From Octopus vulgaris (taxonomy: Eukaryota), in contig OX597814.1 of the NCBI GenBank assembly GCA_951406725.2, positions 13,082,001-13,146,000 on the forward strand: DNA of 64,000 bases, read 5' to 3'. The notes beneath the pieces were generated by a model that was given only the letters and a program-made list of their open reading frames with translations, ran no database searches and was not told where the DNA came from. This document shows, piece by piece, positions 1 to 12,600 of this stretch (positions within the stretch are counted from its first letter, which is position 1; each line of letters opens with the position of its first letter). A program made the position numbers and the translations under genes.

Positions 1-299
1 TCCTCTTCCAACTTGGTATCGGCTTGTAATCTCCGCAGTTTCAAGCGTCTGCCGTAAGTCCTGAATCTGATCTTGACACTGCTTTCGTCGTCGTGCCAAA
101 GGCATTCGACAGCATGGTTGACTACATGATAGTGGTCAAGGTAGGTTGCGAATACACAGCACTATTTGTCTCAGTTAATGACTGGGAATGTGCCGTAGAA
201 ATCTGAAGTAGAAGGATTAAATTACAACGATTTGAAGGTGATAGAGCCTTTATACAGTAGCAAAGTTTCTATAAAATTTACACCATAGAACTGTTCAGT

Positions 300-1290
300 C
301 AACATATTTGAATCACTATAAACAAAACACTATAAACATATATTTTGAGTAGGTTGATCGGCAAAAGAAATATCTTACTCAGAACCAAAGAAAATAGCCA
401 CAAACCATGTGCAAGAGAAGGAAAATCGCCTCCGGTCATCGATAAAGCCGGAAAAATACAGGAAATAGATCATAATACCCGATAACTATGACGATAAAGA
501 AGAAATTGCAAAAGCTGTAAATCAACCAAAATCGAAGATGAATCCGAAACTACAAAATATATTTGATAAAACTATGAGAAAAGTTTTTACTTAGCAACTA
601 CTGGGATAAGCTAAATAAAAAAAGAAATAGACAAAGTAAAATCCGAACAGTGGTTGAGACTGAAGGAATTTTTAATGCGCCACAAAATCAAAGCTTCCCC
701 ACAAAAACGCATAATGAAGAAAAGAAACAAAATAATCAGTAAATCATGAAGTTTTGCGAAGGGGAAGAGACAATAAATCGTAATGATTCTGGCTGCTCAG
801 TTTTAAGGATCAATATAAACACTCCACAGACACGGTAGTGTTGGGACCTATATACACTGGAAATTGTGGCTGTACTATGAAATGACAGCAGAAGAAAATG
901 CTATAAGAAAATGACAAAGAAACCATACACTTGGATATGCCACTACACATAAATCGACAAATGAAAGCTAACACGCCAGATATTATCAAGAAAAAAAGTG
1001 CCTCCTAATCAACATATAAGCCATAACAGGCGGCAATGTATGTTGAAGAAACAGAGGAACTCACGGGATAAAATGATCTGGAGATGGAGATAACTCGAAT
1101 GTGGATCCTGAAAATAGAAACAATCCTTATAATAATAAGTATCGTTAAAAAACCTGCTGACAAATACATAGCCAAAGCACAAGGGCTTAGGAATATATAT
1201 AACATAGAAAATAGCACTGCAAGGTACTACACATTTCCTACGTACAGCACATTCAATACAGTAAAAACAAGGGCACTCAGAGAGCGCAAA
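300..1290 (+). mobile_element. Decayed 3' part of an R4/Dong-like (REL-endonuclease) non-LTR retrotransposon
   Basis: Frameshifted residues EETINRNDSGCSVL (~764-805, cf. ETIxHIxSGCxxL zinc knuckle), YIHWKL, ANTPDII (cf. ANRPDII) and ORF 1084 MEITRMWILKIETILIII (cf. EIxRMWxLKTxVIPIII). Confidence 0.7.
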
Positions 1291-1706
1291 CCTCCGCCAA
1301 GGCAACACCAACATCCTAATTTCTTTTATTGAGTACATGGCTTTTAAAGAAAGGGGACAATTCAAGTACATACAAAACAATATAATGGGGTACATAAAAA
1401 CAGATATCGTTTGAAATTATGGATACAATGAAAAATGTGGATGGAATGACTTACCTGCCACCCATAAGCAGGCGGTTTCATTTTACTGTCTTTATATAAC
1501 GTTTCTGTTGGTTTTTCCCTTTTCCCTCTTTTATGTTTTAATTTACACAAGGTCTCTAATCATTCAGTTCTTAAATTTCCTCACCTACCCTCATTTACGC
1601 CAAGTACTTCATCAAATCTTCGAATGTCACCACCGGCGGCAATTCATCAAAAGGATAGTGTACCGGTGCCACTTCTAACTTTTCACCAAACAATTCCTTT
1701 AACCAT

Positions 1707-1767
<61 letters not shown>

Positions 1768-1949
1768 AGCAGAACAGCTTTTAAACCTACATTGATCTCG
1801 TTGGATGGCAATTTAATTCTAATTACATTCTTCATTTTCGCAATCTTTTTTTCTATCTCTACACTTTTTGTGTATAGTATCATAATTCTTACTTGATTTC
1901 CTTTTGGTGTCTCTCTCTGATCTTCTTCCCCAATCTCTTCTACTGTTGC

Positions 1950-3000
1950 TGGTATTTCTATCTCTGTATGTCTCTCATTCTTTATTGTTATCTTCCTTTT
2001 TCTTCTGAACTTTCTCCTCCTTGCTGATCGTTGGTAAAGCTTTCTGTCTTCGCTCCTCGATCCCTTCACTTAATTTGTTGGCCTTTCATTTTCTTATTTG
2101 CTCTTTCACTTGTTCTACGGTCTGTGTCTCCTCTTCCTTTCCTTTCCTTTTCTTTCTAGGACTTTTTGGTGATGACTACGCGTTACTCTCCTTCCTCTTC
2201 AACACTGTATACCTGTATACGGTGCTTCCATATTCTGCTATTCTACGGTTGAAACTTCTTGATGTTCTTTCTTTATCCCCTCCCCTTCGTGTTTTTGGGG
2301 ACACTTAGCTTTCATGTGTCCCCGTACTCCACAACGCCATTACCTCTGCAATTTTGTGGAGGTCTGGTAAACTGATGTGAAACGACACCTCAACGCCATA
2401 ACCCCAGCAGTTTACCCCCGTAGTTCTTGTGATTTGAAGTATGTTGGTTTCCTGTTTGTATTATAGAGGATGGCTGCCACCAGTGACACCTCGTCAATTT
2501 CTGGGGGCACTCTAGCAATCCTAACTCTGGACACACGTTTGCCACAGTAGGTTGGTAGTAGTACCCACTCAGTTGATCTCAAAGGCACAGTGGAGTATTT
2601 TATTGCTTCTTGTTCACTCGCGAAACGTACCTACACTGTGCCATATCTCTTTCCCCCAGTGTAGTACGTCGTTAGACTTTTGATTTCCCTAGGCAGCTTC
2701 AGCCTCAGGCTGTCTCCTTCCTTTCTTAACAATTCATAGTACTTCATAAAATTAGCTTCGTTCAGTTGAATTTCTCTTACTTGCAGTATATGTGCCGTTA
2801 GATTCTTCCCAATCACTGCAGCGTAACTGCCTGCTGGAACTGGTTGACATTCCATAACGATATTTTCCACAACTATACCCATAAATGGGGAAGAAAAATA
2901 AACATTCAGGTAACAAGAAATCTAGCATTTCGCTAATACAACAATTAGGTGCGGTAGTCCTTCAACAATTTAAACAACAAGAAAACTCATATAAAGCGAA
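1950..3000 (-). mobile_element. Decayed gag-like ORF1 of a LINE (possibly L1/Tx1-type)
   Basis: Minus strand reads GGKRYGTV*VRFASEQEAIKYSTVPLRSTEWVLLPTYCGKRVSRVRIARVPPEID, then a broken zinc knuckle WRCGVRGHMKAKCP (~2298-2339) and a K/E/R-rich tail. Confidence 0.55.
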
Positions 3001-4109
3001 CACACATCAAATGCAACAGAATCAAATGACTCGAGTAGAAGACGATTAGCCGGAGATGTTTTTTAAAATGAGAATATCTGAAATATACTCAACTTCTCTA
3101 ACAAACGAGAATACTAAAAATGAACCCGACTACTCTCAAAATTCAAGTAAAAATAACCGGAAGAATAATCCAGAATCTTTGTCCGGTACCTGATCGATCC
3201 CAATGGTAGTCATGGAATGTGAAGGTGATGGTAGAAAATTTTGTAACAGTATTAAATTGTTTATCCATATCTAAGATAAGCCAAAGTTTAAAAAAAAATC
3301 ATCATTCAAAATACTTTCAAAGGCGAAGGTAATAATCATAAGTTCTACTCAAAAATGTTTTAATGAATAGCATGAGACCCTTTGGTTTTTTCTGCTCTTA
3401 AATCCCGGCCTTCCTTAACTATTTCTGTTGTTTTAGATCGATATATAGATGCACGTATATACGTATGTATAATGTAAATTGTTAATAAGTATGTATAATA
3501 TATAATGCATATATTATAAAAATATGGTAGTGTTACTTTATTTCTGAACGGTGTGGCTGTCGTTGGTTTATGTAGTTTGATTTCTTTATCCATCAGTTTC
3601 TATTAAGTTAGAGTCGCGAGTAAAATTAATAACAGAGAAACGAAAATGAAAGCAATGCCGCCATAATTTACGTGGAAACCACGAGCATGCTTTCGAGGGA
3701 GATAGTAAGACATCGTAGTTCTTGAGATATCTTGTCCAAGGAAAAACAATGAAGCACTACTGACAACAATACGTCCGCCTTAGCGACGGCGGAGGTAATA
3801 ATAAGACCAAAACAAGCTAAAGAACATACCCAAATAGTTGGGTTTATAGCGACGCAGGCAAAACTAAATACACATAAAAACGCACTCACTAAACATTCTG
3901 AGAAATGTTTGTCGCACATTAAAGAATGAAAATGTTATTCCTTCAACATTTATCATTTACTTTTCTTTCAACTACATTTTGTAATACAGCTGTTTGAAGT
4001 TATGAAAAATAGTTTAGACCCGAACATCGAAGCCAAATGAAATTTATTAATCTTATTTGATGAGTGTAACATACGTGGATATATTCATAAATAAATACAC
4101 ACACATACG

Positions 4110-4169
<60 letters not shown>

Positions 4170-5335
4170 TACAGAGAGAGAGATATATATTTGTAGCGTG
4201 TGAAAGGGCGGGAAGAGAGCAGGTATGTAGATATTCGGAGAGAGGGAATGAGATAGAGACGGAGGAATTTCATAATGTAATTGACGGAAATTACTTTGTT
4301 TTAACTAAATCGTTACCGAACGCAAAATAATTGATTTTCTCAGCGATAAATTCAATGACATGAAAATACATTGGAGAAAAATTGCTGAGTACATGATTTA
4401 ATAACTAATTAATTTGAGCGACATGCGTTGTATAAAAATATAAACGTTGCTGATAAAATTCTATTTAAAATTCCATTAGAATAAACCATAAAATAATCGA
4501 AAGCGATGCAGAATAGTTGGGTGGCCGAAATTAATTGTCTATGCTTTATGCAAAAGCAAACGTATTCTTCATACTTCCACATCTATGAATAGTCAAATTC
4601 TGTACTAATAGATGCTAAAACCAATACACGCACGCATACGGTGAGTCACCCATATACTAACCCTCTCACGCGCAAGATACATATTTGCAGGCGTACAAAC
4701 ACACGCACACGCGCCGCGCGCTCACACACACACACACACGTACACACACACGCACACCCACACACGCACACACACACACACACACATCCACACACACACA
4801 CACACAGACTTATGAAATGTAAATTCGTTAAAATATGATTGTAGCATATTTGAATTTCTAAATGCGAATTCACTGCAGCTTCCGTGGCGAAAAACTCTCA
4901 TATTGTGAAAGTCGTAAAAACATTACATCTGTTCTTTAGCCTTTCTCAATGAGAAATACCGATGTGAGCTAACATTGGGCAGATTGAAAGCCAGTTTTAA
5001 TTGAAAAGTAATAGACACCAGTGTCTCATTTGATTTAATGGATACCCTGGTGAGAATAAAAATAACAGCAACAGTGTAATTCTATCCTTATAAAAAGCAA
5101 AGTTTGTTTGCTTATTTGTTTGCTTGTTTCTTTGTTAGATTGTACGTTGACCGTTGAGAACACTAAATAAAATTGATATTTCAGGTTTTTTGTGTTATTT
5201 CAATTAATTTGACAATTCCGCAGATACCTGTGCACTTATTTTCCAAAAACAGATTGGTGGGGGGGGGATCCTATTTCTAGCAATCCACATGCTGTCTATT
5301 TCATAGTAATGCATTTTACAGAGTGAAAAATACTC

Positions 5336-5389
<54 letters not shown>

Positions 5390-5410
5390 CTTTTATTATT
5401 ATTATTATTA

Positions 5411-5560
5411 AAAAGCAACAAAATGTCAGAACAAACTATTACTCAGAGTTTCACGTTCCCGCTTGTGGAACAGTTTTCTTTAGAACGTAAACATAATTGT
5501 CCGGCGAACGGGAACGTGAAACTCAGAGTAACAGTTTTTGTTGAATTTCTGCTGCTTTTA
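5411..5560. repeat. ~150 bp fold-back element with two degenerate minimal hammerhead motifs (PLE-LTR-like)
   Basis: 5411-5476 is an inverted copy of 5495-5560. The right arm reads aattgt-CCGGCGA-acg ggaa cgt-GAAAC-tcaga-GTA-acagtt. Confidence 0.7.
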
Positions 5561-5633
5561 AATAAAGCATATTACTCTACCCCTGGTATTTGAGTACTCT
5601 TTTTCCACCTTGTTTCATTTATGTGTTTACTCC

Positions 5634-5705
<72 letters not shown>

Positions 5706-5845
5706 GCAATTAAGATTCAAGTAAATTCCAATGAATTTACTTGAATGTGGTACTTAACTTAGATGCACCAGAAAAACTATATAGTGTTATCCATACAGTA
5801 ATGTGGGGTGATTATAAACGAGAAAGAAGCAACAAGAATGGATTA

Positions 5846-5959
5846 GTTTTTAGTACAATTGTTTCATACAAAGACAGGCTTTATTACAAAGACAGGCTTT
5901 ATTACAAGTTGCAAAAATTGCAGCAGATAAAAGTGTCCCGTACTCATCAGCTAAAATAC
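5846..5959 (-). ncRNA. Type I hammerhead ribozyme motif (inverted copy of 6697-6792)
   Basis: Same core and stems on the minus strand. The 18-bp duplication lies within the stem II insert. Confidence 0.78.
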
Positions 5960-6696
5960 ATTTGAGTTCTCTAGACATCTTAGGCGCCTTCTCTATATAG
6001 GCGCCTTTTCTTTTCTCCCTATTCCACTTTTTCTTTTTTCTTTTCCTTTTTCTTCTTTTTCTTTTTTCTTTTTCTTTTCTCTTTCTTTTTCTTTTCTATC
6101 CTTCTCCCCCGTTTCTCTTTCTTTTTCTCTTTTTCCTTTTCTTTTTCTTTTTCTTTTCCTTATTTCTTCTTCTTCTCCTTTTTCTTTTTCTTTTTCCTTG
6201 TCTCTTTCCTTTTTCTTTTATTTTATTTTCTTTGCCCCACAAATAAATTCCTTCAGCCTTTAGAAATCTCAACATAGCAGTTTTGCACGGAGAGCAATAA
6301 CATGGCAAATTACCTTATCATATAGCATGAAATGATTGTGGATTAATAATGGTTAAATACATCATCTGTGAGTATGAAATTCCTCATCTTGCCACTGGAA
6401 ATGTAAATCTTCACTATGGATTAATTCACCTTTTCTGTGAAGCTAATAAGTCTTTAAAAACCTGTGATAAGTCTGTGCATCATCCTCCTCATATCTCTGG
6501 AAATTTAAATCTACACTATGGATTGATTCATCTTCTCTTCGAAACTAATAAGTTTTTAAAAATCTGTGATAAGACTGTGCATCATCATTAAGGAACTTTG
6601 GAAAACTTTTTACAACCTATATCTGCCTCTCATGGAACTATCTCCAATATTTCATGAGTATAACCTCACCCACTAAGATGTCTAGAGAACTCAAAT

Positions 6697-6792
6697 GTAT
6701 TTTAGCTGATGAGTACGGGACACTTTTATCTGCTGCAATTTTTGCAACTTGTAATAAAGCCTGTCTTTGTATGAAACAATTGTACTAAAAAC
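6697..6792 (+). ncRNA. Type I hammerhead ribozyme motif with extended stem II
   Basis: Stem I TTTTAG/CTAAAA; core CTGATGA 6706-6712; stem II GTACGGGACA/TGTCTTTGTAT; GAAAC 6773-6777; palindromic stem III AC-AATT-GT; cleavage triplet GTA (6782-6784). Confidence 0.8.
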
Positions 6793-6818
6793 TAATCCAT
6801 TCTTGTTGCTTCTTTCTC

Positions 6819-6858
<40 letters not shown>

Positions 6859-7324
6859 ATTAGTGGTTAGAGTCTCCGACTCACAGTCATGAGGTAATTT
6901 CATGTTGCGCCAATGCGAACGTCAACGTATCGGTGTGTGGAGAAAGGATTCTGTTATGCATAGGTTATCACTGGTCATCCATAGAAAACTTTGCCCGGAT
7001 TTTTGATTCGGAGGAACATCATAATTTTCTAGCATAATATAGATCCCTATGAGAGTTATGAAACAAATGGTAAACAGATACCTTTTGAACTTGACACTAC
7101 ACAAACACAATCAAAATGAACAATACTGACCATTTTTTCAACTTCAAGAGGCTTGTTTAGTTACAAAATAGTTTTAGAGACCTGTCACTTTGTATAGCTC
7201 ATGTTTTCATCCACTCGCACTAGACAAGACTATGGTGCAGTCAGAAAAATGTTTACCCTGAAAAAGAGACACCCTACTATATGTATGTGTATATGTATAA
7301 AAAAAACCCTTAAATATCCTTTAA

Positions 7325-8065
7325 AATGTTTCAGCCTGAAAGCTGCGCCCATGCTGAGGCACCACCGTTGAATGAGTTACACTAGTATGTGAAACCACCT
7401 CTGATACGTGGCACTTGATCAACAAGGGAGTTCGACGCCGCTGCCTGCATCTGTGTTTCCTGCCGAGTGGTAGGTTCATCTGGAACCCCTGACAAGAAGA
7501 GATCCAGTTTAGTTTTAAAGAAACCCACATCCACACCATGCAGGACTCTCAGGCATTTAGGAAGGATATTGAAGAGCTGTAGTCCCCTGAAACCCAAGCT
7601 GTTGCAGTATCTTGTCCGGTATTTTGATGGTGATGTTGGGATCTTTGGCACCATCCAGTGGCGCCCCGTTCTGCTGTTGGGATAACTTTGAATGCCAAAA
7701 TTCGGGACAAGACCCTCCAGGATTTTCCGGATGTATATCACTGCATGTCTCTTACGCCTTCGCTCCTGGGGGAAGAGTTTTAATACTTTCAGTCTTTCCC
7801 AGTAGCTAATACGTTGTATTGAGACGATCTTCTTAGTGTAGCTTCGTTGGATTGCTTCGAGTTCTGCTGTTAACTTCATATACCATAATATACCTTTATG
7901 ACCATAATTGGGAGCAGTAGTCCAAGCGGCTGAGGACGAATATCTTCCAAAGGACCATCACCGTCTCCTTCTCTCTTGTTCTGAAATTTCGGAGAATCCA
8001 TCCAGCTAGCCATCTGCATTTTATTAACATATTAGTAATATGCACTTGGAAAGACGCATCATTGC

Positions 8066-8066
<1 letters not shown>
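7325..8066 (-). mobile_element. Older 5'-truncated 3' fragment of the CR1-group LINE family found at 46.4-49.5 kb
   Basis: ORFs 7896-8198 and 7382-7879 align with the C-terminus of the intact ORF (LAGWILR..FRTRE..LDYCSQLWS; ELEAIQRSYTKKI..LDLFLSGVPDEPT). The 3' tail hairpin is shared. Confidence 0.92.
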
Positions 8067-8097
<31 letters not shown>

Positions 8098-8274
8098 TGT
8101 ATGTATGTATGTATGTATGTATGTATGTATGTATGTATGTATGTATGTATAGATGTATGTATGTGTGTATGTATGTATATAGGTATGTATGTATGCATAT
8201 ATATATATAGACATACATAGGTATATATAAATATATAAATATATAAATATATGTATATATGTATATTTATACAT

Positions 8275-8325
<51 letters not shown>

Positions 8326-8399
8326 TTGACACAGTACTTGTATATGCATCGTTTAAAGTTATTATATTTTGCTCATGTCCGTGAAGTTACCAGTTGAAT

Positions 8400-9990
8400 A
8401 CATACAAATACCTGACTATAAAATCGGAACGTACCTGCTGGTTTTAAACTGTTTCTATCAAAAGGATACATTTTCTTCATTATCGATTGTCCAGCATCGA
8501 TAAGATTTTCATCAAGCCTGCAGTTGATTGCTTCAAACTCTAATCTGTGAGATGTTGCCAATGAATTCATTACAACCCTTAATTAAATTATAATAGCAAA
8601 TGTCTTCAAGTAATATATTTTGAAGGAACCCAGCATTAATTGCCAGTGGCATTTCAGTGAATTATATCAAAATGAAAATCAATTATTCCAAATCGTATTT
8701 ACTTTGTCTGAGCTACGGTTCATTTTATTTAAGATTATTTTTCTGAACTCCCATTCCTTGTCTATACTACATTCATAATGATAATCTCTTTTGTACTTAT
8801 ACATAACTTCACCCATTCAATTTGAATAACTGCCAAACTATTATCTATAGAAATTTTGAATTGCTATTCGGGAATTTCTGTAGTCATTTCGTTCATAAAC
8901 TGAAATCGAATTACCTTTCGCATTCGTGGGATAAATAATTGAATCATTTAATAAATTTTAATACTATCTTTAAATGTTTATGCTGGAATAATTCGTAGCA
9001 AATCGTCAATGATTGCGCTATTATTGATGGGAGCAATCAGGTATGAAATCTAATACTACTTCTGCTTAATTCTCTGTTCATTGCTTATACTGAGGGTTTG
9101 ATATATAGATTATATCGCAGATACCATATCATGCCAACCCATAAACTCAGAAATAGAAAGAATTACATCAAATAATCCACCCTAATACTGAATATCCTTT
9201 CTAATTTTATTGGTATGTTAATATCTTTAATAAGATTTGTTATAGTTGGGCCACTGTGAAACGGACTGTTTACTGGTTTCCAATACAGGCAAAAAGAAAA
9301 TAAACTGGAAATATTTCTTTCGCCAACACATGTATCCGGTCGATTACATGGAACTGGAATAGTCCATATGTGTTCATATTAAATTGTTTATGTTTCTATT
9401 GGATTTTAACTGAAAATAATGACAAATCGAGTGATCTGTTATATACTGTTTTAAAAAATATATTACTGAGAAGAGTAAATGCGATACATAATTTGTGGTA
9501 TGAATAGAATTACATTAAAAACTTATGAAATTTTGAACAAAAGATTCAAGTAATGAAATTCTTGTTTGACAGTCTTTTTACATTTGGCGGAAAAATACCA
9601 GCCAGCAATAAGTAAAAGTGCTGTTTATAATATATTTGGTCGAATAATTTCATAAAAATATCATCAAGTCTAAAACTAGTTCTTATACTAGCTATGCAAA
9701 ACGCTCTTCTTACCGGGTCTAAAGTAATGGATCTCTTTTGGTTAAGTCAATCGTACGTCTTCAGAATTCATCCTAAATATTACATGTGAGATGCATACTA
9801 AAGACTATTTAGTGCGGTTTTTGCATCATTGAAAGATACATCTGAAATACTGAGTGGAATAAAGTAGATGATATATCTTAAATATTACCCGTATTTGTTG
9901 GGGATTCCTCTATATAAGTCAAACGAATTACGCTCGCTTGAGAGTAAAATGTTCCCATGAGCATATGAAATATCTTGATTCTGTAATTAC
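8400..9990 (-). mobile_element. Highly decayed Penelope-like element (RT region)
   Basis: Minus-strand remnants SFDLYRGIPNKYG (~9890-9930, cf. FDVxSLYTNIP) and FRLDDIFM (~9651-9675, cf. FRYLDDIF). Boundaries are approximate. Confidence 0.45.
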
Positions 9991-10051
9991 TATTACCTGA
10001 ATGAATTGTCATGTACTAATATCAAATTCCTGTCATTCAATATGACATTGA

Positions 10052-10259
10052 TTTTAAATTTTGGCATGAGGCTACCAATTTTTGGTGGGTGGGTGTAAAT
10101 CAATTACATCGACCCCAGTGCTCAAATGGTACTTATTTTATCGAAAAATTGAAAGGCAATGTCGACCTCAGCGGAATTTGAACTCAGAACATAAAGACGA
10201 ACCAAATGTCGCTAGCCATTTCGCCTGGTATCTTAACCATTCTGCCAGTTCGTCGCCTT
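10052..10259 (-). mobile_element. tRNA-derived SINE, family A (octopus OK/OR-like)
   Basis: Reverse complement of the 14753 element: GGCGACGAACTGGCAGAAT head, GAGTTCAAATTCC B-box, CACTGGGGTCGATGTAA body. Confidence 0.85.
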
Positions 10260-11853
10260 AGCTTTCAGAATAATATTGAAAAGCGAGCTCTGGATATTTT
10301 TTTTCTGAATTCTGAGCTTACGTAGGTGGAGGCATTATACTAAACAGGCTATTTTTTCACTTAACGTTGTATTTATTGACATATATTTTTATACATATCT
10401 TTCTCACAATATCAAAATGTAAACTAAACACCACTAGATTGAACTGAGCTATTTTGCATCTAATGGCACGAAGCTTATAGCGTGATATATACCATAAATT
10501 ATATAGGTATGTACGTACTTTTCAGAATGCTTGTGCGTATATGTGCATGTGTGTGTGTGTGCGCGTGCGTATGTGTGTGTTTGCGTGTGTGTACGCGTAC
10601 TTATTGTAATGGTTTCCATTTTAAGTTAATTTTAAGAATAACAACATAAAGTGCCCAGAGTTAGTACTACAGGTAAAAGCAAATTTTAATTCGTTGTGAC
10701 GGTGATGTTTTCAATTTTACATAGAGAAATATTTTGTTTTATTATTGAGAGAATCAATGTTAATGTGTGAATATGTTATTTTATTATTTCTTCTTTATAC
10801 ATGGTTGTTATATGCTGTTATATTCTAATGAATATTCAGAACCCCATGCGCGTTTGCCACTATGCCTGCAATATGATCAAAGCATTTTTCATTATGATTA
10901 TGTTAAATTTGGCTCCATCGGAAGCAATTTGCATTAATTACACCAAACCAAAATATGTATAATTTTAATGTTTTGGATTAGATTAAGACGAAGACTTCAT
11001 AGATTAATATATACTAGATCGTTTCACTGTATCGGCAACAAGGAAATCTGGGGGACTCCACATTAAAAAAAGATTACAAATATATAAATGTACGCTGAAC
11101 TATCTACTCTACTAGACAGTATATTCTAAACGATATTTTGTTGATATAAAGTTTAAATAATCTGATGACAAATATAACTTAAATATTTCTAAATATAAGT
11201 CATTTGTAATTCAATGATTATGGCCGTCAAATTAATAATGACGTTTGAAGTGGTTTACTAAGTCTCCAGTATCAGTCTCATAAAGAACAGTAAAAATCGT
11301 AAGTAAAATCATACAGATATCTATAGTGAAATATGCAATAATAACTGACATAAATGATGCAGCTACCGCCATACATGTGTATAATGAGGAGTGATATATC
11401 GAACACTATCGACATCATTATCTAAATCACTATATATCAAAGCAAATCAACGTGCCCCCTGTTAGTTTTAAATAGAATGCAAACAGATCATTATATATAA
11501 GCTCATTGGCGTCATTTTAAATGAGATCGGGAAAAAAAAAAGATAAATTATAGCCATATGCTCACAATATTCGAAAATGAATTCTTGAAAATGTTTCACA
11601 AGTGAACCGAAATATTTTAAATAATTGGTAACTGAAGAACATCGTAAATTATAATTGTGTAAACTAATATGTTAGCACTGACACATGGTACATTTACTAT
11701 TTACAGAATCGGCAGACATTCATTATTTTAGAATATATCATACTTATGGAAATATAACTGGAGAAGAAAAAGTTCTCGTTTAAGGAAAATATGTACTACA
11801 TACAGCGCATATATACAGACGTGCACGAACATCTCGAATATACACTTATGTAC

Positions 11854-11951
<98 letters not shown>

Positions 11952-12329
11952 TGTAAAATAACAAAAAATAATAGTTGTGATATTTCTATGGTATATTTCT
12001 GATGTATCCATATTTATGTATACTATATGTGTAACTATAAGAAAAGTACATTCTGTTTATTTAATTTCCATAAGTAGGTGAACATTCAAAATATCGTCAT
12101 GAATTTACATTTAGTTTAGGAGGTTGAGCGTTTCGACTAATAATTCTCAAGAGAGAGAGGGAGAGAGGAGGGAAGAGAGAGAGTCGGAAGATAGAGAGCG
12201 GGGAAGATAGAGAGAGAGATTATCATAAAAATCATAAAAATCACAGATGAGTATTATTTCGTGTTGCCTAATTTAGTTAGTGGCGCATAGTCTACGAACT
12301 GTTGATATGGTAGCGATATTTTATTACTT

Positions 12330-12600
12330 TCTCGTATGTTTTTATATGTTCTTTTTTTTTTCAAATTGTGCAGCTTAGAAGCCTTTTATCCTTCCGTATA
12401 CGAAGTTTCTACACCAAGAAATTTCGGCTGAATTGAATGGATTTCGGAGCTGGGTTTTTTCGAAAAGTAGCATCATTCCTTACAAAATTCTCTTAATGTC
12501 CGGATGTAAAAATCCCAACTCGTTAAAAATTACACAGCTACGAGCAAAAATATAAGTATGAAGAATGTCGATATATATTTACCAAGGAAAATGCGAGATT
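12330..12600 (-). mobile_element. Possible decayed mariner 5' end
   Basis: Loose resemblance to mariner N-terminal/TIR-proximal sequence; no ORF. Confidence 0.3.

Larger units (their letters stand above)
5817..6820. mobile_element. Penelope-like remnant bounded by ~150-170 bp inverted repeats
   Basis: 5817-5983 is the reverse complement of 6673-6820, apart from an 18-bp duplication in the left copy. The interior has PCYCSPCKT (-) and a ~100 bp tandem duplication (6380-6590). (TA)n lies on both sides. Confidence 0.7.

Noticed and set aside
6005-6230. K/R-rich ORF 6096-6308
   Set aside because: Translation of a polypyrimidine (CTTTT)n tract.
6380-6590. Regularly spaced repeats suggesting a CRISPR-like array
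   Set aside because: Only a two-unit ~100 bp tandem duplication, with no spacers, in eukaryotic DNA.
6855-6900. tRNA-like sequence (also SINE heads at 14753, 29424 and ~59150-59230)
   Set aside because: No complete cloverleaf; these are SINE head remnants, not tRNA genes.
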